Source of the DNA: an uncultured Rhodobacteraceae bacterium
GTDB lineage: Bacteria > Pseudomonadota > Alphaproteobacteria > Rhodobacterales > Rhodobacteraceae
DNA length: 64,000 nucleotides
Direction of reading: 5' to 3'
Assembly (NCBI GenBank): GCA_938016515.1
Contig: CALILP010000038.1
Location: 1,930-65,929, forward strand
Shown here: piece by piece, positions 56,648-64,000 of the stretch
Position numbering within the stretch: position 1 is the stretch's first letter
Layout: the number at the start of each line of letters is the position of its first letter
Position numbers and translations under genes: made by a program
The notes under the pieces: generated by a model
Seen by the model: the letters and a program-made list of their open reading frames with translations, nothing else
The model's database searches: none
Told to the model about the DNA's origin: nothing

Positions 56648-57568
56648 TTAGACGGCTACCGTATCGAGGTCCAGATTGGCTGCCTGCTGAAGCTCTAACT
56701 CGAATGCGTTCAGGGTTGTCCGGAAAGCGTCCTTTGTCAGCGACGCAGCTTCTTGTGCGATGTCGGCTTGTGACAAACCTGTAGCGACGAAAATGGGACC
56801 GTCGTTTGTTGTGTTGGTATCCCTGACCAAAAAGTCGAACAGGTCCATACCAGCCCCGTCTAATTGGCCGCTCAGCGACGCTGCTGGGGTTTGTGCAGGC
56901 GTCGCGGGTGTCGCGACTTGAGGTGTTGCGGGTTCCAGTGCGGATGGTGTGCTTGGTGTTTGTGCAACTGGCGTGGGTGTTGGTGCTTCTGCTTCAGGCG
57001 CTGGCAAGTCTTGCACGACAGATTGGGTTTCAGTGACAAATTCCACGACGAGTGCATCTGGCACGGGTGCGATGATCTGTGGCTGCGCGACTTCGCCGGT
57101 GTCCAGATCTACAGAGCCGCCGGTGGACGCAAAATTTTGCGTCACGATGACGGATTCGTATGTTCCGGAATCGAAATCGAAATCTCCCAAGGCAATACCG
57201 ATCCCGATATAGTCCAGATCCGGGTTCAATATGTTGGCCCGGTGACCGGGGCTGTTCATCAACGACGTGTGCAGATTGGCGACATCATCCATAATGCCGG
57301 CCGCGCCGCGTTCGCTTTGCACGGCTATGTTTTCTGCTGTGCGCCACCCCCCGCTGAGGTCAAACTGTGCATCCCGTATCCGTTTGGTCGGAGAGCTGCC
57401 GTTCACGCCTGTATGGGAAAAGATGTCGACATCCAGCATCCAGTCAGAATGGGCATCAGCCGCTGCATTGAGATTCTGTTCAAGCTGCAAAGCCGGGGCG
57501 CCGACTTTGGCGCGCTCTGCATTGATCAACTCAAGCATGTAGCGCTCGTATTGTGTGGCAATCGTCAT
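56648..57568 (-). CDS. CAP/SCP-domain protein with Pro/Thr/Ala-rich linker
   Basis: Motifs ELINAER, FSHTG, AENIA, LMNSPGHRANIL, TQNF; GAAGGA RBS. Confidence 0.85.
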   Translation of the reverse strand: MTIATQYERYMLELINAERAKVGAPALQLEQNLNAAADAHSDWMLDVDIFSHTGVNGSSPTKRIRDAQFDLSGGWRTAENIAVQSERGAAGIMDDVANLHTSLMNSPGHRANILNPDLDYIGIGIALGDFDFDSGTYESVIVTQNFASTGGSVDLDTGEVAQPQIIAPVPDALVVEFVTETQSVVQDLPAPEAEAPTPTPVAQTPSTPSALEPATPQVATPATPAQTPAASLSGQLDGAGMDLFDFLVRDTNTTNDGPIFVATGLSQADIAQEAASLTKDAFRTTLNAFELELQQAANLDLDTVAV

Positions 57569-57832
57569 CGGGATCCGTCCTTCTTGGGGGGAGAAAGGTG
57601 GTCTGGCAGCAGATGATCTGCAAAGCACCAGTTTTACCGGCAAATCCACAGAAAGCGACAGTGCAGCTAAACCAATGCCTGATTCAACGGCGCTATTTCG
57701 CCATTAAGCTGATCATCAGGGGGCGGATCAAGGCCGATTGGCTTAATGTTTGTCGGGCAGATACAATCGCCCGGAAATCTCCTGATTGCTGCCTGAAATG
57801 CAGCTTAATTGCATGATGAAAAGGTCGCACCG

Positions 57833-57865
57833 CCTTGTGCACCTGCGCTGCACACCTTGTGCACG
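57833..57865 (+). repeat. Second 11-bp-period TGCAC array
   Basis: GTGCACC 57837, CTGCACA 57848, GTGCACG 57859; CCTTGTGCAC repeated exactly 22 bp apart. Confidence 0.6.
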
Positions 57866-57946
57866 CTATACACTCAACCGATTTTGTCTTATGAGCGGGC
57901 AAACACGATGGTGCAAAATGCACCGACTAAAAGAGCAGACGAAGAC

Positions 57947-58510
57947 ATGTCAGACGACTTTGAACTTGATACGGATGATTTAGGCCGCCGCATGGATGGC
58001 GCCGTTGCAAACCTGCGCACAGAGCTTGCATCGTTGCGGACAGGTCGTGCCTCTGGCTCGATGCTGGAACCGATTATGGTGGATGCTTACGGGTCGATGA
58101 CACCGATCAATCAGGTGGGTACGGTGAACGTTCCCGAACCCCGGATGGTGACGGTCAATGTCTGGGACAAGGGCCTTGTTGGCAAGGTTGAAAAGGCGAT
58201 CCGCGAAAGCGGTTTGGGCATCAATCCGCAACTCAATGGCACGATTATCATGTTGCCGATCCCGGAATTGAACGAAGAGCGCCGTCGCGAGTTAGGCAAA
58301 GTGGCCGGTGGCTACGCCGAAAGCGCGCGGGTCTCGATCCGTAACCTCCGCAAGGACGGTATGGATCAGATCAAGAAAGCCAAGTCGGATGGCATGGGCG
58401 AGGATGACCAGAAATTCTGGGAAGCTGAAGTTCAGGAAATGACAGACAAGTATATCAAGATCATCGACGACACGCTTGAGACCAAGCAAGCCGAGATCAT
58501 GCAAGTTTAA
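57947..58510 (+). CDS. frr: Ribosome recycling factor
   Basis: Motifs [33 protein letters not shown]. Confidence 0.96.
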   Translation: MSDDFELDTDDLGRRMDGAVANLRTELASLRTGRASGSMLEPIMVDAYGSMTPINQVGTVNVPEPRMVTVNVWDKGLVGKVEKAIRESGLGINPQLNGTIIMLPIPELNEERRRELGKVAGGYAESARVSIRNLRKDGMDQIKKAKSDGMGEDDQKFWEAEVQEMTDKYIKIIDDTLETKQAEIMQV

Positions 58511-58572
58511 GTTACGTTCACGAGTAGTCAGACAAGCACCCGGTGTGGTGCGCAATGTAAGGAAGCCATCCA

Positions 58573-59301
58573 ATGGCCAAAGACGCGGTTACAGAACACA
58601 CAGGTCCCGGCCATGTGGCCATCATTATGGACGGCAATGGCCGATGGGCGCAGCAACGCGGGCGTCCACGTTTGTTTGGTCACCACGCCGGTGCCAAGCG
58701 CGTCCGTGAAATTGTGAATGCCTGTCCTGATCTTGGCGTCTCGCATCTGACAATTTTCGCCTTTTCCACTGAAAACTGGAAAAGGACTCAGTCCGAAGTC
58801 GCTGGCCTGATGCGCCTGTTTCGTCGCTACATTGAGCGCGAGGCGCGCGATCTGTTGAAAGAGGGCGTGCGCGTCCGGTTTATTGGCGACCGGATGAAGC
58901 TGGACGACAAGCTGGTATCTTTGATGGACAACCTTGAGATGTTGACGTCCCACAACGACCGCGTCCATCTGACGATTGCATTGAACTATGGCGGGCGGGA
59001 CGAAGTGACCCGTGCCGCCAAGAAAATGGCGTTTGAAATTGAACAGGGTCGCCTGACCCACAAGGATGTTGACGCCGAAACGCTTGGCCGGTTCCTGGAT
59101 ACGCAATTCCTGCCTGACCCTGATCTTGTCATCCGCACGAGTGGCGAAGCGCGCATTTCGAACTTTTTGCTGTGGCAGTCCGCCTATGCAGAATATGAAT
59201 TCATCGACACGCTTTGGCCCGACTTTACAGCAGAAGAGTTTGGCCAAGTCCTTGGCAATTACGGCAACCGTGAGCGTCGCTTTGGGGCGGTTCTTGCCTG
59301 A
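58573..59301 (+). CDS. uppS: Undecaprenyl diphosphate synthase
   Basis: Motifs HVAIIMDGNGRWA, FSTENWKR, YGGR, RTSGE.RISNFLLWQ. Confidence 0.96.
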   Translation: MAKDAVTEHTGPGHVAIIMDGNGRWAQQRGRPRLFGHHAGAKRVREIVNACPDLGVSHLTIFAFSTENWKRTQSEVAGLMRLFRRYIEREARDLLKEGVRVRFIGDRMKLDDKLVSLMDNLEMLTSHNDRVHLTIALNYGGRDEVTRAAKKMAFEIEQGRLTHKDVDAETLGRFLDTQFLPDPDLVIRTSGEARISNFLLWQSAYAEYEFIDTLWPDFTAEEFGQVLGNYGNRERRFGAVLA

Positions 59302-59303
59302 CG

Positions 59304-60110
59304 ATGGCTGAAGACCCGCCAAGTCCCCCCGGTAACTGGGATGATCTGACCGTCAGGATTACATCCGGCGCGGCCATGACGGTCGTTGGTGCTGTTGGTG
59401 TGATCCTTGGCGGTGTCTGGTTCCAGATGATGGTGGTCTTTGTGACTGCAGTGATGGTCTGGGAACTGTGGATGATGATCCGGCCAGAATCGGCAACATC
59501 AGGAATGCTTTTGGCGGCGGGGCTTGCATCCGTCATGTCCGGGCAGCTGCTTGATGACAATTGGATAGCCCTATTGTTGTTCCTTGTGGTTCCGGCCATC
59601 GGCGCATTTTACCTTAAGAAAGAGCGGGTTACCTTCTTTTGTTTTGCCCTGGGCATTCAGGTGGCCGGCTGGGGACTGGTGCATTTCCGAACTGATTATG
59701 GGTTCACATGGATCCTTTGGTTGATGCTGGTTGTGATTGCGACGGACATCTTTGGCTACTTTGGCGGCAAGACCTTCGGCGGCCCCAAGTTCTGGCCCAA
59801 GGTCAGCCCTAAGAAAACCTGGAGCGGGACAGCCTCTGGCTGGATTGCAGCCGGTATTGTGGGTTTCCTGTTCACTTTGTTCACCAACGCAGGCTGGTCT
59901 ATCGTGTTGATTTCGATGGTGTTGAGCTTTGCCAGCCAGATGGGTGACATCGCCGAAAGTGCTTTGAAAAGACGCATGAAGGTTAAGGACAGTTCGACCC
60001 TGATCCCTGGTCATGGTGGTCTGTTTGACCGCTTTGATGCGCTGCTTGGCGCGGCCTTGTTCATGCTGCTGGTCGCTTATGTCTTTAACGTTCCCGGAGT
60101 GGCGTTTTGA
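59304..60110 (+). CDS. cdsA: Phosphatidate cytidylyltransferase
   Basis: Motifs SPKKTW, GDIAESALKR, KDSSTLIPGHGGLFDRFD. Confidence 0.95.
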   Translation: MAEDPPSPPGNWDDLTVRITSGAAMTVVGAVGVILGGVWFQMMVVFVTAVMVWELWMMIRPESATSGMLLAAGLASVMSGQLLDDNWIALLLFLVVPAIGAFYLKKERVTFFCFALGIQVAGWGLVHFRTDYGFTWILWLMLVVIATDIFGYFGGKTFGGPKFWPKVSPKKTWSGTASGWIAAGIVGFLFTLFTNAGWSIVLISMVLSFASQMGDIAESALKRRMKVKDSSTLIPGHGGLFDRFDALLGAALFMLLVAYVFNVPGVAF

Positions 60111-61276
60111 AGAAAGTCTCGATCCTCGGCGCAACGGGATCCATCGGCCAAAATACAGTTGACTTGATCCGACGTGACCCCAAGGCTTTCGATGTGGTCG
60201 CGTTGACAGGGGGGCGCAACGTCTTGCAACTGGCACAAGACGCGCGGGATTTGCGGGCCGATATCGCAGTGATCCAAGACGACGATCTGTTACCGCAGCT
60301 CAAAGACTTACTGATCGGATCCGGGGTTGAAGCTGCTGCAGGTGCGGATGCGATCTGTGATGCGGCAACGCGTCCTGCGGATTGGACGATGTCTTGTATT
60401 GTGGGGGCGGCCGGTCTGGCACCTGGCTGGAAAGCGCTGGAACAGGGGGCCACTTTGGCCTTGGCAAATAAGGAATCTTTGGTCACGGCCGGACCGATCC
60501 TATTGGACCATGCGAAACACCACTGTGCGACTGTGTTGCCCGTTGATAGCGAACATTCTGCGGTCTTTCAGGCGTTGGTTGGAGAAGACATCGCAGCGGT
60601 AGAGCGTATTATCATTACGGCCTCTGGTGGTGCCTTCCGCGACTGGCCGTTGGACAAACTGGAAAGCGCGACGTTGGCTGAGGCTTCGAGCCATCCAAAT
60701 TGGGACATGGGGCAGCGGATCACAATCGACAGTGCGTCTATGTTCAACAAGGCGATGGAGCTGATTGAAACAAAAGAGTTTTTTGGCGTTCGTCCTGACC
60801 AAATTGAAGCGATTATTCATCCCGAAAGCCTGATCCATGCGATGGTAGGTTTCAATGATGGGGCCATTATGGCGCACGTTGGGCCACACGATATGCGCCA
60901 TGCAATCGGCTTTGCACTGAACTGGCCGAAACGAACCGAATTGCCGGTCGAACGGCTGGACCTTGCACAAATTGGTGCGCTGACGTTTAAGGCACCCGAA
61001 GCGGCGCGCTATCCTGCCTTGCAAATCGCGCGGACGGTCATGGAAGAGGGCGGTTTGATGGGGGCTGCGTTTACCTCTGCAAAGGACCGTGCGCTTGACG
61101 CGTTTATCGCAGGCGACATCGGATTTACCCAAATGGCACCTGTTGTTGATAAGGTTCTCAACACGATGACGTCTCGTGATGGGCTGAAAAATGCCAGAAT
61201 GACACTAGATACGGTTCAGCAGACCGATACCCTTGCCCGACGCCGTGCGGCCGAGGCGATAGCAGACTTGAGGTAG
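60107..61276 (+). CDS. dxr: 1-deoxy-D-xylulose-5-phosphate reductoisomerase
   Basis: Motifs LGATGSIG, LANKESLV, PVDSEH, TASGG, HPNWDMG; TTG start. Confidence 0.96.
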   Translation: MKKVSILGATGSIGQNTVDLIRRDPKAFDVVALTGGRNVLQLAQDARDLRADIAVIQDDDLLPQLKDLLIGSGVEAAAGADAICDAATRPADWTMSCIVGAAGLAPGWKALEQGATLALANKESLVTAGPILLDHAKHHCATVLPVDSEHSAVFQALVGEDIAAVERIIITASGGAFRDWPLDKLESATLAEASSHPNWDMGQRITIDSASMFNKAMELIETKEFFGVRPDQIEAIIHPESLIHAMVGFNDGAIMAHVGPHDMRHAIGFALNWPKRTELPVERLDLAQIGALTFKAPEAARYPALQIARTVMEEGGLMGAAFTSAKDRALDAFIAGDIGFTQMAPVVDKVLNTMTSRDGLKNARMTLDTVQQTDTLARRRAAEAIADLR

Positions 61277-61280
61277 ACCA

Positions 61281-62615
61281 TTGGAATTAGCGTCAATTTT
61301 GCCGGCCCTTGGCGGGACCGCTTGGACATTGATTTTCTTCGTCATTGCATTGTCCGTGATCGTGGCGATCCACGAGTACGGCCACTATATCGTGGGCCGT
61401 TGGTGCGGCATTCATGCTGAAGTGTTCAGCATTGGGTTTGGCAAAGTGCTGTTCTCAAAAGTGGACAAACACGGGACAAAGTGGCAGGTCGCAGCCCTTC
61501 CTTTTGGCGGGTACGTCAAGTTTCTGGGCGATGCGAACGCGGCCAGTGTTGGCGGAACCGGTCAGGTTTCAGAGGCTGAAAAGCGACGCACGATGCTGGG
61601 CGCCCCGCTTTGGGCGCGGTCGCTGACTGTTGCGGCGGGCCCGATCTTTAACTTCATCTTGGCGATCTTCATTTTCGCCGGCTATCAGATGTGGAACGGT
61701 GAAGTGACCGAACCGCTGACGTATGGCGGATCACCGGACCTTCCGTCCAGCTATGTCTCGGAATTGCAGTTGGGCGACGAAATCCTTGGAGTTGATGGAC
61801 ATAACCTAGAGGTTTTGGGCGCATTTCTACAAAATGCTGAGATCGTGACATCGGCCAGAACGTTGGAATATCGCGTCCTGCGCGATGGGAACGAAATCAC
61901 TGTTCAAGGCCCGCATCCGCGCCTTCCTTTGATCTCATCCGTGGTGCCGCGCTCTGCGGCTGATGACGCAGGCATCCGAGTTGGCGACGTGGTCATGCAG
62001 ATTAACGGCGAAGACATCTATAAATTCAACGACATCGTCGAGGCGAAGGATCAAAACCTCAGTGCACCGCTGAGGCTGACGGTCGCGCGCAATGGCGAAA
62101 CCTTTGACGCAACGATGACGCCGCGCAGGTCCGATCGGCCACTGCCGGAAGGCGGCTTTGAGACCCTTTATCTGATTGGCCTCTATGGCGGTCTGTACTT
62201 CGAGCCTGAGGCCAAAAGCATCGGGGCGGGGGAAGCATTGTGGCTTGGGACACAGGAAACCTGGTGGCGGATCACCACATCTTTGTCGGGGATGTGGCAT
62301 TTGATTACGGGATCGATCTCAAGCTGTAATCTGTCCGGCCCTGTTGGGATTGCACAGACGTCCGGTTCGATGGCGCAGCAAGGGACAGAAAGCTTTGTGC
62401 TGTTCATCGGGATCCTGTCCGTGGCTGTCGGCCTGCTGAACTTATTCCCAATTCCAATCCTTGATGGTGGTCATCTGGTATTCCATGCCTATGAAGCCGT
62501 TACCCGCCGCAAACCATCTGATGCAGCGCTGCGCGTGCTGATGTCGATTGGTTTGGCGCTGATTGCAGCACTTATGGTCTTCGGCCTGCTGAACGACATA
62601 TTGCTTTGCCCCTGA
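61281..62615 (+). CDS. rseP: RIP metalloprotease with PDZ domains
   Basis: Motifs HEYGH, FGGYVKF, NLFPIPILDGG; TTG start. Confidence 0.95.
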   Translation: MELASILPALGGTAWTLIFFVIALSVIVAIHEYGHYIVGRWCGIHAEVFSIGFGKVLFSKVDKHGTKWQVAALPFGGYVKFLGDANAASVGGTGQVSEAEKRRTMLGAPLWARSLTVAAGPIFNFILAIFIFAGYQMWNGEVTEPLTYGGSPDLPSSYVSELQLGDEILGVDGHNLEVLGAFLQNAEIVTSARTLEYRVLRDGNEITVQGPHPRLPLISSVVPRSAADDAGIRVGDVVMQINGEDIYKFNDIVEAKDQNLSAPLRLTVARNGETFDATMTPRRSDRPLPEGGFETLYLIGLYGGLYFEPEAKSIGAGEALWLGTQETWWRITTSLSGMWHLITGSISSCNLSGPVGIAQTSGSMAQQGTESFVLFIGILSVAVGLLNLFPIPILDGGHLVFHAYEAVTRRKPSDAALRVLMSIGLALIAALMVFGLLNDILLCP

Positions 62616-62700
62616 TTGCAAGCCACAGAAATGCGACACCAGAGTCCATTTTTCGCCATATTCTGAAGCTATTCTTTTCCCAACGGAAAGGGGTTTTGAT

Positions 62701-62826
62701 ATGCAGACGCTTGCAAAAGGCTACAAAGGCATGACGGTTTTGGTGAACATTAACCTTGATCGGTTTTTGACAACGGCAACGGTCATTGGATCGCTATATT
62801 TCGCAGCATACCTTATCCTGGGTTAA
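62701..62826 (+). CDS. 41-aa small membrane protein MQTLAKGYKGMTVLVNINLDRFLTTATVIGSLYFAAYLILG
   Basis: Manual translation; AAGGGGG RBS; C-terminal hydrophobic helix. Confidence 0.6.
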   Translation: MQTLAKGYKGMTVLVNINLDRFLTTATVIGSLYFAAYLILG

Positions 62827-62898
62827 CTGGCTGCGACGTTCGCGCCACAAAACCTAGATTTTTTTGACATTCGCACCCCTAGGGGTGCTTTGTTGCTT

Positions 62899-62927
62899 TT
62901 GACAACACCTTCAGAACAGTTTACCGC
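62899..62927 (+). promoter_or_regulatory. Putative sigma70 promoter of bamA
   Basis: TTGACA-N17-TACCGC upstream of ATG 62965. Confidence 0.5.
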
Positions 62928-62964
62928 TTTGCCTTAATAATATTAAGCAAAGCGGGCATTTGGG

Positions 62965-64000
62965 ATGAACCTTCGGACGAAGCGCGCCTTCGGGCAATTC
63001 ACCTCGGGCGCTAAGGTAGCAGCCTTAGTCAGTTCATTAGCAATCATCAGCAGTTTATCGGGCCCAGCGTTCGCCCAGAACTTTAGTTTTGGGGCGGTGT
63101 CTATCAACGGCAACCAACGCGTTGCGGACGGCACCATCCTGACATTCGCTGGCATTTCACGCGGTGAGACAGTGGACGCCGCAGCCGTGAATGAAGCCAG
63201 CCAACGGATTCGCGGATCGGGTCTGTTTGAAAGCGTGGATGTCACGACGCAAGGCAATACACTGGTGATCAACGTCGTGGAATATCCGACGATCAACCGG
63301 ATCAACATCGAAGGCAACTCTCAGGTCAGGGATGCGCAATTGCTTGCGGCTGTCCAGTCGGAGCCGCGTCGCGTATACACGCCAGCGCAGGCCGAGGCCG
63401 ACGTGGCTGCCATCACTCAGATTTACGCAGACCTTGGCCGGATTAACGCGGTTGTTACACCGCGGATCATTCCTTTGTCAGAAAACCGGGTCGATCTGGT
63501 TTTCGAAGTTGTCGAATCTGGTTTGACCGAGATTGAGCGCATTTCCTTCGTCGGAAACCGCAACTATTCCGAAGGGCGCTTGCGTCGGGTCTTGGATACC
63601 AAGCAAGCAGGTGTCCTGCGCAATATCATCTCGCGCGATACTTTCGCATCGGACCGGATCGCTGTGGACCGTCGTTTGTTGACCGATTTCTATCAATCAC
63701 GCGGCTACGCCGATTTTCAGGTGCAAAACGTCGATGTGTCCCTGACGCGCGAGCGGGACGCCTACTTGGTGACGTTCAATGTGCAAGAAGGTCAGCAGTT
63801 CACCTTTGGTGGTGTTACCGTCAGTAGCCAGATTCCGGAAGCGGACGCCGCCGTTTTCCAGGCGGCGCTTAAGACCCGCAGTGGTCAGACCTATTCACCG
63901 GTTGCAATTGAAAACGATATCCAACGTCTCGAAATTCTTGCGACCCGCATGGGTATCAATTTCCTGCAGGTTCAGCCGCGTATCACGCGCGACCCGCGTG
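62965..64000 (+). CDS. bamA: Outer-membrane protein assembly factor, 5' part (runs off the window)
   Basis: Open frame from ATG 62965: signal peptide ending PAFA-Q, then POTRA motifs (INGNQRV, SGLFESV, INIEGN, ISFVGN, FYQSRGYADF); rseP-bamA synteny. Confidence 0.92.
   Translation, partial: MNLRTKRAFGQFTSGAKVAALVSSLAIISSLSGPAFAQNFSFGAVSINGNQRVADGTILTFAGISRGETVDAAAVNEASQRIRGSGLFESVDVTTQGNTLVINVVEYPTINRINIEGNSQVRDAQLLAAVQSEPRRVYTPAQAEADVAAITQIYADLGRINAVVTPRIIPLSENRVDLVFEVVESGLTEIERISFVGNRNYSEGRLRRVLDTKQAGVLRNIISRDTFASDRIAVDRRLLTDFYQSRGYADFQVQNVDVSLTRERDAYLVTFNVQEGQQFTFGGVTVSSQIPEADAAVFQAALKTRSGQTYSPVAIENDIQRLEILATRMGINFLQVQPRITRDPR

Noticed and set aside
57615-57665. c-di-GMP-I riboswitch (GCAAAG and GGCAAA...GAAA words)
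   Set aside because: The words are in the wrong order, the GAAA is not closed by a stem, and they lie on the strand opposite the nearby CAP gene
62933-62947. CtrA site before bamA (CTTAATAATATTAAG)
   Set aside because: Spacing is TTAA-N5-TTAA rather than N7; kept only as an unexplained AT-rich palindrome

Overview
This 64-kb window is almost entirely core chromosome of an alphaproteobacterium. Gene order and intergenic motifs point to Rhodobacterales, Roseobacter group (inference). In order it holds: an M20 amidohydrolase and two ureohydrolases; prfA-prmC; the lptF-lptG-lptD-surA-pdxA-rsmA operon; pepA-holC; an ABC-F ATPase; ndk; a DEAD-box helicase; the iscR-iscS-sufB-sufC-sufD-sufS cluster; tRNA-Arg(CCG); a Hint-domain gene; ycbK/ycbB-type peptidoglycan genes; lpxD-acp-fabF; ialB; a DUF853 ATPase; ggt; xerD-corC; aroK-aroB; ssb; miaA; and pyrH-frr-uppS-cdsA-dxr-rseP-bamA (bamA truncated by the window end). 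I found no prophage, IS element or CRISPR array. The most interesting signals are non-coding or below the ORF-track size cutoff. (1) Two putative minus-strand small RNAs (~21.9-22.05 kb and ~42.98-43.06 kb) share the seed CUCCCUGUCAG. A third ~70-nt RNA (~42.83-42.90 kb) has its own predicted promoter and terminator and carries the complementary sequence, making a candidate sRNA-sponge network. (2) Short arrays of a TNCAC-type motif recur with ~11-bp (helical) spacing. (3) Four unannotated small proteins are present, including a 33-aa micro-lipoprotein. All calls come from reading the sequence and recognising motifs; no database search or folding program was run.
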